Notes under the pieces: model-generated
The model's input: only the letters and a program-made list of their open reading frames with translations
Databases searched by the model: none
What the model was told of the DNA's origin: nothing
NCBI GenBank assembly: GCA_031551635.1
Contig: JAVBNH010000006.1
Span: 11,208 to 75,207, forward strand
Source of the DNA: Oscillospiraceae bacterium
GTDB taxonomy: Bacteria; Bacillota; Clostridia; Oscillospirales; Acutalibacteraceae
Direction: 5' to 3'
DNA length: 64,000 nt
Program-made: the position numbers and the translations under genes
In this document: in pieces, positions 29,692 to 38,993 of the stretch
Layout: each line of letters begins with the position of its first letter
Numbering within the stretch: the stretch's first letter is position 1

Positions 29692-31749
29692 TTATTCAGC
29701 CGCCTTATCCGCGCCGGCAAGCAAATCGTCAATTGAAACCGGCTCGCTCTTTTCGCCGTCCGCAGCCATCTCAGCCTCGAGTGATTCCTCTTCCTCCTCA
29801 GGAACGAGAAGGGCTCTTATCGAAAGACTGACGCGTTTTTTATCAAAGTCGATTTCTGTAATCTTCGCCATGACTTTTTCACCCAGAGAAACAGCCTCCT
29901 GAGGGGCAGCGATTCTCTTTGCGGAAATCTGCGAGATATGAATCAGACCGTCAACGCCGGGAATGATTCGCCCGAAAGCGCCAAAGGTGGTCATGCCAGC
30001 GATTTCAACCTCTACAACACTGCCGACGGGATAATCTCTTCTGAGAACCTCCCACGGATTGTCCTCAACCTTTTTGTATCCCAGAGAAATCTTCTTCTTT
30101 TCATTATCAAGGTTCTTGATATATACTTCGATTATGTCGCCCGGCTTGACAACGTCAGACGGATGCTTGATTCTCTTCCACGAAAGCTCGCTTCTGTGAA
30201 CAAGACCGTGTACTCCGCCAAGGTCGACAAAGGCACCGAATTCGGTGACTGAAACAACGGGACCTGTAAATACCTGACCAACCGCAGCAGTCTCCCAGAA
30301 GGAATCGGTCTTTTGCTTGCGCTCAGACCTGTAAGCGGCGCGGATTGAACCGACAGCGCGGCGCTTTTTCTCAGCGTCAACAATGGTGAAGCTGACTGTT
30401 TGGTTAAGTAAATCCTCAAGCCGGTCATTTCTCGAAACAGTCGCAAGAGAAGCGGGTATAAAGATTCTGTTACCGTTTGAAATAACGATTACACCCTTAT
30501 TTATAACTTCGACAACTTTACCGGAAAGAATAGTGCCGTCTTTTTCGGCTTTGACTATCTCGTCCCAATAGCGGCTCTCATCAATGAGACGCTTGGAAAG
30601 CAATATAGTTCCTTCCATGTCGTTTGTTTTCATAATAACCAGTTCAAGCTCGTCGCCGACTTTAAGCTCTTTTGAAGGGTCAGCGGTAGGATCCGCTGAG
30701 TAATGGTCAATCGGAATGAGACCTGTCTGCTTTCTTCCGATGTCAACCTGAATTTCGTTCGGAAGAATTCTGACGACTGTGCCCTTTACTTTTTTGTCGG
30801 TGCTCATGCTCTTAAGTGATTCCTCGAGAGCGTCCTCAAAGGACATTTCGTCGTAGTTCACTTCTTTTAGCGCAGCTTCTTGTGCTGCTTCTTCATTTGT
30901 GTTTTCAATAATGTCGGACATGGTGTTCCGTACCTCCTTAATTATACTGTCGGGCGTTGAAGCCCCGGCAGTAATGCCTACATTGCGGCAATTCGAAAAA
31001 TCAAGCCCTGAGAGCTCACCCGCATCCTCAACCAGATAGGTTTTGCAGTTCTCCTCGCAGACGGCGCGAAGCTTGTCTGTGTTTGAGCTGCACCTGCCTC
31101 CGACGACTATCATGCAGTCGTTTTCGAGGGATAATCGGCGAGCCTCCTCCTGTCTTTCAAAAGTCGCACTACATATTGTATCAAATATTAACGCATTTGT
31201 ACATAGTAAATTTACAAATTTCAAACATTTTTTAAATTCACTCACAGAGAAGGTTGTTTGAGCCACTAAAATGAATTTCTTTTTAATATTTTCATTCTCA
31301 AAAATCTGTTCTAGCTCCTCAAGAGAGTTAAAAACATAGGATTTTCCGCCACAATAGCTACGTATTCCAAGCACCTCCGGGTGATTTTTGTCGCCCGCAA
31401 TGAGGGTGTCCACCTCGTCCGATGAATTTTCAGCGACAATGCGTTGAATTTTTTTCACAAACGGGCAGGTTTCATCATTGAATTTAAGCCCCATTCGCTC
31501 TAGCTCCTCAAGCACATCCTTAGTCACTCCATGGGTTCTCACAAGGGTTGTATAGCCCTCAGGGGCTTCCCCTGGGGATTCAATTATTTTAACCCCCTGC
31601 TTCTTTAAATCGTCAATAAACTGCGGATTATGAATAATCGGCCCGAGCGTGCAGACCCTTTCGCCTTCGTCAATAAGCTTCGAAAGCCTTGACACGGCTC
31701 TGTTTACGCCGAAACAAAAGCCCGCGGTTTTTGCAAGTGTGATTGCCAT
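29692..31749 (-). CDS. ispH: IspH (LytB) fused to ribosomal protein S1 repeats
   Basis: N-terminal IspH domain (AKTAGFCFGV...) and C-terminal multiple S1 domains. This fusion is common in Clostridia. Start taken at ATG 31749; the track GTG start is 31761. Confidence 0.9.
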   Translation of the reverse strand: MAITLAKTAGFCFGVNRAVSRLSKLIDEGERVCTLGPIIHNPQFIDDLKKQGVKIIESPGEAPEGYTTLVRTHGVTKDVLEELERMGLKFNDETCPFVKKIQRIVAENSSDEVDTLIAGDKNHPEVLGIRSYCGGKSYVFNSLEELEQIFENENIKKKFILVAQTTFSVSEFKKCLKFVNLLCTNALIFDTICSATFERQEEARRLSLENDCMIVVGGRCSSNTDKLRAVCEENCKTYLVEDAGELSGLDFSNCRNVGITAGASTPDSIIKEVRNTMSDIIENTNEEAAQEAALKEVNYDEMSFEDALEESLKSMSTDKKVKGTVVRILPNEIQVDIGRKQTGLIPIDHYSADPTADPSKELKVGDELELVIMKTNDMEGTILLSKRLIDESRYWDEIVKAEKDGTILSGKVVEVINKGVIVISNGNRIFIPASLATVSRNDRLEDLLNQTVSFTIVDAEKKRRAVGSIRAAYRSERKQKTDSFWETAAVGQVFTGPVVSVTEFGAFVDLGGVHGLVHRSELSWKRIKHPSDVVKPGDIIEVYIKNLDNEKKKISLGYKKVEDNPWEVLRRDYPVGSVVEVEIAGMTTFGAFGRIIPGVDGLIHISQISAKRIAAPQEAVSLGEKVMAKITEIDFDKKRVSLSIRALLVPEEEEESLEAEMAADGEKSEPVSIDDLLAGADKAAE

Positions 31750-31790
31750 ACTTCTCACCACTATATTATATATTTTTTACTTTTCATTCT

Positions 31791-32468
31791 TCATTTTTCA
31801 TTAGTTAGAATTTCAAAAATAATGTTCATCATCGCCTCAAGCGCCTGCTCAACCGACATCCCCGATGTATCAAGCAGCACAGCGTCCTCCGCCTGCTTCA
31901 ACGGCGCAATTTTTCTATGTGAATCCTGGTAATCTCTTGCGATTATTTCCTGCTTCAGCTCTTCAAAATCAACCTTGTTTCCCTTTGCCGTCAGCTCGTC
32001 AAAGCGTCTTTTCGCCCGCTCCTCAACAGAGGCTGTGAGAAAAATTTTTACATCCGCGTCCGGCAGAACAACTGTTCCGATGTCACGCCCGTCCATGAGA
32101 CAATTATTCTCTTTCGCCATATTTTTCTGTTGCTCCAGCAAAAAGGAGCGAACCTCAGGCAGCTTTGAGACATTCGACGCCGCCATTGAAGCCTCCGGCA
32201 GCCTTATCGCATCTGATACATCCTCGCCGCAGAGGAAAACCCTCTGAATCGAATCGATGTACTTCAGCTCCACTGACAATTTCGGCAAAACCGCCAGAAC
32301 ATCGCTGCTCTTAGCCGTGTCCAGCCCTGCCCTCAGCACTCCGACACCGATTGACCTGTAGAGCGCGCCGGTGTCAATGTAAATATATCCGAGTTTCGCG
32401 GCGGCAAGCCTCGCGACTGTGCTCTTACCCGCACCGCTCGGACCGTCAATTGCTATGTTTATACTCAT
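31791..32468 (-). CDS. cmk: cytidylate kinase
   Basis: IAIDGPSGAGKST. Start chosen at the third in-frame ATG (32468), 9 nt after GGAG; the track start is 32483. Confidence 0.93.
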   Translation of the reverse strand: MSINIAIDGPSGAGKSTVARLAAAKLGYIYIDTGALYRSIGVGVLRAGLDTAKSSDVLAVLPKLSVELKYIDSIQRVFLCGEDVSDAIRLPEASMAASNVSKLPEVRSFLLEQQKNMAKENNCLMDGRDIGTVVLPDADVKIFLTASVEERAKRRFDELTAKGNKVDFEELKQEIIARDYQDSHRKIAPLKQAEDAVLLDTSGMSVEQALEAMMNIIFEILTNEK

Positions 32469-32523
32469 TGTACTCATCTCCATTATTATTTCAGCTTTCG
32501 CACCTTTAAAAAGCCAACTTTTT

Positions 32524-32551
32524 AATGCTTGATGCTGGATGCTAGATGCTG
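32524..32551 (+). repeat. heptamer array AATGCTT GATGCTG GATGCTA GATGCTG
   Basis: Contains CTGGATG/CTAGATG units and continues into GAAGAGGTCGCG. Confidence 0.8.
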
Positions 32552-32779
32552 GAAGAGGTCGCGTATTTATCGCTATTTGGAAATAAAATTATAGCTCGCG
32601 TGGTGATTATATACTGATCCGCATTAAAATAGCTTCTAACTGTCGTTCGCTAATCCTTTTGCACTCTTACAAAAGGGCTCACTCCATTAGAAGCTTTTTA
32701 ATGGAGGATAAGTATTAATATAATTGTCCGCGTCCAGAGAGTTTAATTAAAAGTTAATGCTGAATCGCGACATCTTCCA

Positions 32780-32807
32780 ATATCTAATATCTAAAATCTA
32801 ATATCTA
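32780..32807 (-). repeat. heptamer array, minus-sense (TAGATAT TAGATTT TAGATAT TAGATAT)
   Basis: The first TAG is the stop codon of CDS 32805..34058. Confidence 0.9.
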
Positions 32808-34058
32808 AAACAGCGCATTTTCTCCCGCGATAAAGCCGGTTGAAAAGGCTATTTGTAAATTAAACCCGCCGGTATAGGCATTGACGTCTATGACCTCCCC
32901 CGCGAAAAAGAGATTGGCGCATTTTTTCGAGCGCATGGTTTTCGGCTCGATTTCGCCGACACTCACCCCTCCGCAGGTGATAATCGCCTCTTCAATCGGG
33001 CGGAAGGCACGCACATTCAGCTTTAATTCCTTCAGACACATAACAAATTCCGCACGCATCTCACGCGTGAGTTGATTAGCCTTCATCTCATGAGGAATTC
33101 CGCACAAATCGAGAATTACCGGAATCATCGCCCGGGGCAGCAGCTCATTAAAAGCGTTTACGGCAGCTTTATTAGAGTATTTCGCAATATCACGCTGTAT
33201 TCGGCTGTCAAGCTGAGTGACACTCAGCCCCGGTTTCAAATCAATAACTATCTCGTATTTTGTCTTGTCAGCATCCCGCATATGCGCGCTGGCGCTGAGT
33301 ATCACAGGACCCGATACACCGAAATGGGTAAAAAGCATCTCGCCGAAATCCTCATAAATATCTGCGAAGCCGTCCTTATCACGAAGCTTAAGCGAAACAT
33401 TTTTCAGTGCAAGTCCCTGAAGCTCTGCGCAGAAGCTTTCGGCGGTTTCAAGAGGTACAAGCGATGCCTGCGGCTGTGTAACTGTATGCCCAGCCTGTTT
33501 TGCGAGCTCATAGCCGTCGCCGGTTGAACCGGTCAGGGGATAGGACACGCCGCCTGTCGCGACTACAAAGGACGAGGCAAAAAACTCCTCACCTTCATAT
33601 GTTCTGACTCCTGTAATCAGCGGTGTTTCGTTATTCTCATTAAAAATGAATTCTTTAACGCGTCCGGCAATTCGTTTTACACCGCTTTTCTTCATAAAGC
33701 CGCCCAGCGCGTCAACAATATCAACAGCCTTGTCCGAGACCGGAAAAACCCTGTTACCCCGCTCGACTTTGAGCGGAACTCCCAGCTCTTCGAAAAAATC
33801 CATGGTATCCGAGGGCATAAAACGCGAAAACGCGCTGTAGAGAAAGCGTCCGTTTGTGGGCACGGCTTCGATAAGCTCATTGAGCATGGAGCAGGCATTG
33901 GTCACATTGCAGCGCCCCTTGCCCGTAATCATCAGCTTGCGCCCGACGCGCTCGTTGCGCTCGATTACAAGCACGCTTTTGCCTCTTTCGGCAAGCTTCC
34001 CCGCGCACATCATGCCCGCCGCTCCCGCGCCAATTACAATACAATCTGTTTTTTTCAT
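32805..34058 (-). CDS. HI0933/BaiN-like NAD(P)/FAD-dependent flavoprotein
   Basis: DCIVIGAGAAGMMCAG dinucleotide fold, 417 aa. The stop TAG is the first unit of a heptamer array. Confidence 0.8.
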   Translation of the reverse strand: MKKTDCIVIGAGAAGMMCAGKLAERGKSVLVIERNERVGRKLMITGKGRCNVTNACSMLNELIEAVPTNGRFLYSAFSRFMPSDTMDFFEELGVPLKVERGNRVFPVSDKAVDIVDALGGFMKKSGVKRIAGRVKEFIFNENNETPLITGVRTYEGEEFFASSFVVATGGVSYPLTGSTGDGYELAKQAGHTVTQPQASLVPLETAESFCAELQGLALKNVSLKLRDKDGFADIYEDFGEMLFTHFGVSGPVILSASAHMRDADKTKYEIVIDLKPGLSVTQLDSRIQRDIAKYSNKAAVNAFNELLPRAMIPVILDLCGIPHEMKANQLTREMRAEFVMCLKELKLNVRAFRPIEEAIITCGGVSVGEIEPKTMRSKKCANLFFAGEVIDVNAYTGGFNLQIAFSTGFIAGENALF

Positions 34059-34114
34059 ATCTTTATTATTTCATTCCTATATTGTTTAAAATAAATTATG
34101 CATTATGAATTAAG

Positions 34115-35347
34115 TCATACCTTAACTATAGCATCTGTATATTCCGTATCGGCATTCTGAACTGTCGGCAGCGTCAGGTTATAAACCGCCGCAGCTCTCG
34201 CCTCAAGCTCAAAAAACCGCTTCGCCTGCGCTCCCAAACCTGCAATCTCGGCAGCTCTTGTAACGAGTGGAAGCCCTGCCTTTTTTTTCGCGGTATTCAA
34301 GAGCGTCCGCCCTTTTTCGTTGAAGCCGAGCACGCGAATATATGGTATATCCGACTGAGTGAAATCCTTTGTTATCCCGAGCAGTGAGGAGAGAACTATC
34401 CTTCTTATACGCGAATGTGTATAGCGTTTTGTTTTCGCCAGTGCATAAAGCTCCTCAATGCTTTTTGCCCTGTTTGCCGCGTCTTTTATCCTATTCTCAA
34501 GCCCCTCTGAAACATCAGGATACCGCAGTAAATCTTCAGTATTTTTCATTCTCAAATCATATAATACAGCTTTTTCGACTGCTCTCATATCTGAGGGAAG
34601 GCAACCCTTATCAAGCTCTCTGAGTATAATATCAGCGGCGTTTTCGGGCATTTTGCCGGAAATATATTCGCCGATTTTTTCCCTTGCGCTCTCGCGGTCA
34701 TAGCTGTAGAAAATTCTTTTTATTTCCTCGCGCAGCTTGCTCGCTGAGGCAAAGCCTTCGTTTGTAACATCGCTGTCATGAGCTGCGCCGAAACGCTTCA
34801 CCGCGAAAGGCTCAATATTTGAATTAATCCGAATTAAAGCCCTTGTATACTCAAGGGACAATATATCATTCGGCGAGTGCAGCAGCTCAAGCTCATCAGA
34901 AGCCATAAAGCTATTTGCATTAGCTTCACGCGCTCTGGGGAATGATACACCTTCTTCTAAAAAATTTTTAATTTTTTCATCACTATCAAGTTGCAGCAGC
35001 TTTTCGGCGGTTGTTTCAATCAGCCTCGTGTCTCCGCATTCGCTTCCGAAGGAGAGCATATCGACAACACCCAGTGCCTCGGCAATCGAAACCGCGCCGT
35101 AAGCGAACCTCTGAGCGCTCGCTGTGGCAAATGGCAATGGCAGCTCGAGCACAAGGTCCGCGCCGCATCTGAGAGCCGTCTCAACTCTCGAACGCTTCGG
35201 CATTACTGCGCTCTCACTGCGCTGTACAAAGTTTCCACTCATAACGGCTACTATGGTGTCAGCACCTGCTTCAAGAGTGCGGTCAATATGATATTTATGC
35301 CCGTTGTGAAACGGGTTATATTCGCAGACAATAGCGGCAACCTTCAA
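34115..35347 (-). CDS. tmcAL: tRNA(Met) cytidine acetate ligase (YlbM/TmcAL family nucleotidyltransferase)
   Basis: EYNPFHNGH motif. Probable TTG start giving MKVAAIV; the track start is 35356. Confidence 0.8.
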   Translation of the reverse strand: MKVAAIVCEYNPFHNGHKYHIDRTLEAGADTIVAVMSGNFVQRSESAVMPKRSRVETALRCGADLVLELPLPFATASAQRFAYGAVSIAEALGVVDMLSFGSECGDTRLIETTAEKLLQLDSDEKIKNFLEEGVSFPRAREANANSFMASDELELLHSPNDILSLEYTRALIRINSNIEPFAVKRFGAAHDSDVTNEGFASASKLREEIKRIFYSYDRESAREKIGEYISGKMPENAADIILRELDKGCLPSDMRAVEKAVLYDLRMKNTEDLLRYPDVSEGLENRIKDAANRAKSIEELYALAKTKRYTHSRIRRIVLSSLLGITKDFTQSDIPYIRVLGFNEKGRTLLNTAKKKAGLPLVTRAAEIAGLGAQAKRFFELEARAAAVYNLTLPTVQNADTEYTDAIVKV

Positions 35348-35470
35348 AAAAAACACCCCGGATAAAACAATCTGTCACTATAATAAACTGATATCGTAAA
35401 ATTGTCAAATGAAAACATGTGTTTAGCAATTTGTCATAAAAAAAGCTTAAATCACACCTAAAAAATCGGC

Positions 35471-35499
35471 TTGCTTTTTAAAGGCTCAACATATATAAT
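35471..35499 (+). promoter_or_regulatory. ackA promoter
   Basis: TTGCTT, 17 nt, TATAAT. Confidence 0.5.
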
Positions 35500-35557
35500 A
35501 TCTGATGTATGAGAAAAACAATATTTATTGCTCAAAATGAAAGGAACGGATGAATCA

Positions 35558-36772
35558 ATGCTTGTATTGGTCATTAATGCAGGAAGCTCCTCGCTTAAAT
35601 ATCAGCTTATTGATATGAACGGCGAGATTTGCATCGCAAAAGGTGTTTGCGAAAGAATCGGTCAGGACGGACGGATTGAAGCCAAAAATCTTGCGAACGG
35701 CACAGAATTTACCGCCGAAATCGACATGCCGAACCATACTGTCGCCTTCCTTGAGGTCAAAAAAGCCCTTACAGGCGGCGAGGCTAAGGTTCTTGACGAC
35801 CTCGCGGAGATAGCCGCTATCGGTCACCGTGTCGTTCAGGGCGGTTCTTTATTTAATCACAGCGTAATTATCGATGATTCGGTTCTCGCGGGAATTGAAG
35901 AGCTCTGTGACCTCGCGCCGCTGCATAATCCCGCCCACCTACAGGGCATGCGCGCCTGCATCGAGGTTTTCGGCAAAGATGTCCCCGAAATTGCGGTTTT
36001 CGACAACGCCTTCCACAGCACTATGCCGCCTGAGGCGTATATGTTCCCGATTCCTTATGAATATTATGAAAAATATAAAATCCGCCGCTATGGCTTCCAC
36101 GGCACTTCTCACCGCTGCGTCAGTACCCGCTGCGCCGAGCTTTACGGCAAACCCATTGAGGAGCTAAAAATTATCACCTGCCACCTTGGCAACGGCTCGT
36201 CAATCACCGCGGTTAAAAACGGCAGTGTCGTTGACACAAGCATGGGGCTGACCCCCCTCGACGGCTTCATCATGGGCACGAGAACCGGAGGAATCGACCC
36301 CTCTGTTGTGACTTATCTACAAGCCAAGGAAGGCTGGACGCCTGAGCAGACGGACAGCATTCTCAATAAAAAATCAGGCGTACTGGGCGTTTCAGGCATC
36401 TCGAACGATGACCGCGACGTCAAGGCGGCTTCCCTCTCCGGCAACCACCGCGCAAAGCTCGCCCGCGATATTCAATGGTATCAGATACGCAAGTATATCG
36501 GCAGCTATATAGCAGCGATGGAGGGCGTTGACGCTATTGTTTTCACCGGCGGAATCGGCGAAAACACCTTTGATTTACGCGCGGATGTCTGCACAAGACT
36601 CTCCTTCTTGGGCGTTGATTTTAACAACGAAATCAACGAAAAAACCGTCAGAGGTGCGGAGGCGGAAATCACAAACCCCGGTTCAAAAATCCGTGTTTTC
36701 GTCATTCCCACAAACGAAGAACTGATGATAGCTCGCGATACGCAAATGCTGGCGGCACAATTTAGATTTTAG
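35558..36772 (+). CDS. ackA: acetate kinase
   Basis: INAGSSSLKY, GFHGTSH and EELMIARDT. Start at ATG 35558 (MLVLVINAGSSS). The last codons and the TAG stop lie inside a heptamer array. Confidence 0.95.
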   Translation: MLVLVINAGSSSLKYQLIDMNGEICIAKGVCERIGQDGRIEAKNLANGTEFTAEIDMPNHTVAFLEVKKALTGGEAKVLDDLAEIAAIGHRVVQGGSLFNHSVIIDDSVLAGIEELCDLAPLHNPAHLQGMRACIEVFGKDVPEIAVFDNAFHSTMPPEAYMFPIPYEYYEKYKIRRYGFHGTSHRCVSTRCAELYGKPIEELKIITCHLGNGSSITAVKNGSVVDTSMGLTPLDGFIMGTRTGGIDPSVVTYLQAKEGWTPEQTDSILNKKSGVLGVSGISNDDRDVKAASLSGNHRAKLARDIQWYQIRKYIGSYIAAMEGVDAIVFTGGIGENTFDLRADVCTRLSFLGVDFNNEINEKTVRGAEAEITNPGSKIRVFVIPTNEELMIARDTQMLAAQFRF

Positions 36773-36797
36773 ATATTAGACTGTAGATTTTAGACTG
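36763..36797 (+). repeat. heptamer array TAGATTT TAGATAT TAGACTG TAGATTT TAGACTG
   Basis: The second TAG (36770..36772) is the ackA stop codon. Confidence 0.9.
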
Positions 36798-36931
36798 CCA
36801 AATTATTTTATTATATTGATGGTGAATTTAAAATGAACAGAAACCGCCCGCCCTGTTAATCTTCGGTTTATAGTAACGCACGTTCCCCGCCTATGACATT
36901 TTCCCTAATTTTATTTTGAAAGGAAAACGTT

Positions 36932-38098
36932 ATGGGCTATTTAGTTAATGTAAAAAAGCTTTATTTTATGTCTTTTTTCCAGGGATTGATACCCGCATAT
37001 GTCATAGAACGGCTTTTCTGGCAAGGACGCGGAATGAGCGTTAAGGATGTCGTTTACTGTGAGATTATTTATGCTCTAACGATTATTTTACTAGAGGTTC
37101 CTTCGGGTATACTCAGCGACAAATTCGGCAGAAAAAAAATGATTTATCTCTCAAGTCTTTTTGACGCATTTGAGTTTATCCTTCTGTTTTACGCGCACAG
37201 CTTTCCGCTCTTCGCCTTGACTATGCTCTTTACCGGAACAGGAGCGGCGTTCGAAAGCGGCAGTAGAAACGCACTGCTGTATGACAGCCTTCTCCACCAT
37301 AAAAATGAGGACGTTTACGAAAAAATTCAGGGCAGAATGTCCGCTGCGAATTTTTGCGGATTGCTGCTCTCCGCCGGCAGCGGAAGTCTACTTTCGAGCT
37401 ATGTCAGCCTTGACATCAACTACATTGTCTCGTTCCTCAGTAAAACAGCAGTTTTTTTCATTTCGCTCACTTTGAAGGAGCCGCCGCTGCTTACAAAAAC
37501 AGAAAACTCGGCGAAAAGCTTTTTGAAGTTCGCCTTTGAGGCGGTAAAAATTTTCCGCGAAAAGCCGGTACTACTGAGCTGCACGGTGACGGCGGCAATT
37601 ATAGGCGGCACGGTGAATTACCTCGATGAATTTTGGCAGCTTCTCGCTGAAAAATGGGGCGTTCCGGTGATTTTGTTCGGAGCGCTGACAATCGCTATGG
37701 GAATTTTCAGGGTGCCGGGCGAGGTTTTCGCCTATAAGCTGAAAAACCGTATGAATTTAAAAACCCTGCTCATTGCGATTATCCTTCTGTCAGCTGTATT
37801 ATACACACTTATATACCTAGTGCAAAACCCTTTTTCAATTATTTTTATGGCTCTCATTCTGCTGATGTCGGGAATCAGTGAGCCACTGATTTCGGGCTGT
37901 ATACACGCGAACACCGATAGCGCTCACCGCGCGACAGTTGAGTCGATGAGCTCACTGGTGCTCAGGCTGGCGACAATGCTAATAGGTCTCGGTTTCGGCT
38001 TTATCAGTGACCGTTTTTCCATTTACACGGGCTTTGCGTATTTAGCGATAATAATGCTCTGTTTCAGCGTTTTGTCAGCGAACCGGAAGGAAACATAA
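36932..38098 (+). CDS. MFS transporter
   Basis: 388 aa, about 10-12 TM, with the MFS loop motif SDKFGRKKM. Confidence 0.7.
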   Translation: MGYLVNVKKLYFMSFFQGLIPAYVIERLFWQGRGMSVKDVVYCEIIYALTIILLEVPSGILSDKFGRKKMIYLSSLFDAFEFILLFYAHSFPLFALTMLFTGTGAAFESGSRNALLYDSLLHHKNEDVYEKIQGRMSAANFCGLLLSAGSGSLLSSYVSLDINYIVSFLSKTAVFFISLTLKEPPLLTKTENSAKSFLKFAFEAVKIFREKPVLLSCTVTAAIIGGTVNYLDEFWQLLAEKWGVPVILFGALTIAMGIFRVPGEVFAYKLKNRMNLKTLLIAIILLSAVLYTLIYLVQNPFSIIFMALILLMSGISEPLISGCIHANTDSAHRATVESMSSLVLRLATMLIGLGFGFISDRFSIYTGFAYLAIIMLCFSVLSANRKET

Positions 38099-38113
38099 AC
38101 TTAATTCTAGGAT

Positions 38114-38157
38114 GAAAAAAAGCCGCTTGAACACAGCATTCAAGCGGCTTTTTTTAT
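38114..38157. terminator. bidirectional terminator between MFS and DeoR genes
   Basis: Perfect 11-bp stem AGCCGCTTGAA / TTCAAGCGGCT, flanked by A7 and T7 runs. Confidence 0.85.
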
Positions 38158-38158
38158 T

Positions 38159-38932
38159 TTACTTTTCCGCAAGAATAATCTCAATTCCCTGCTCGTCAAA
38201 AGCCTTCAAGTCCTCTTCCGATGCGTCCCAGTCAGATATTAATTTAGACAGCCGATTTGCCGGACAAATGCTGAAAACTGAATTGAATCCAATTTTTTCG
38301 GTCGGGAAAAGTCCGATTGTTTCCTTTGAAGAATCAATGACCGCGTTCAGAAAACCAACAACATAAGATTTCCGTATTGAAAGCCCAAAAGCAGGAGTTA
38401 TAAATCCTGAGGTTATAAAACACTTGTCAAATCGCAGTCTTTTAACCATTTCAATGGCAAACGCGTCATAGCAATTCCCTTTATCGTCCATTTCACCGCC
38501 AAGCAAAATCACTTGAACATTGTCCCTTTTCCGCAGTTCCTCTGCAATAACAATCGAATTAACCACCACTTTGATTTGAATATCATCGGGGATATTCTGC
38601 GTCATGAAATAGCCGACGGTTGCCCCAGTGATAAAGACAACATCATCATTTTTTATTAAGGTAACCGCCTTTTTTGCAATCGCCATATAGTTTTCCTTAA
38701 CCTCATATATATCCCTGCCCGTCACATATTTCGGCTTGCCGTATGCGACCTGATGGATAGGAATCGCTCCACCGTGAGTCTTTTTCAAAAGACCCTTCTC
38801 GTCAAGCAGGCGTAAATCCCGGCGCGCGGATTCAACCGATATGCCGAATTTTTCAACAATTTCGTCAACTGAAATTCTCTCATTTTTACTCAGGATATCA
38901 AGAATCAATTGATGTCTTTCTTCTATAAAAAT
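38159..38932 (-). CDS. DeoR family transcriptional regulator
   Basis: HTH SVDEIVEKFGISVESARRDLRLLDEKGLLKKTHGGA plus a DeoR C-terminal sensor domain. The track ATG at 39067 and the ATG at 38995 lie upstream of or inside a consensus promoter. The best start is ATT 38932, 7 nt after SD AGGAG. The start remains uncertain. Confidence 0.8.
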   Translation of the reverse strand: MFIEERHQLILDILSKNERISVDEIVEKFGISVESARRDLRLLDEKGLLKKTHGGAIPIHQVAYGKPKYVTGRDIYEVKENYMAIAKKAVTLIKNDDVVFITGATVGYFMTQNIPDDIQIKVVVNSIVIAEELRKRDNVQVILLGGEMDDKGNCYDAFAIEMVKRLRFDKCFITSGFITPAFGLSIRKSYVVGFLNAVIDSSKETIGLFPTEKIGFNSVFSICPANRLSKLISDWDASEEDLKAFDEQGIEIILAEK

Positions 38933-38993
38933 ATAAATTCTCCTAATCTGAAAATTTCTGACAAATGGATGTCGACCTCCATTGTCAACGCCC

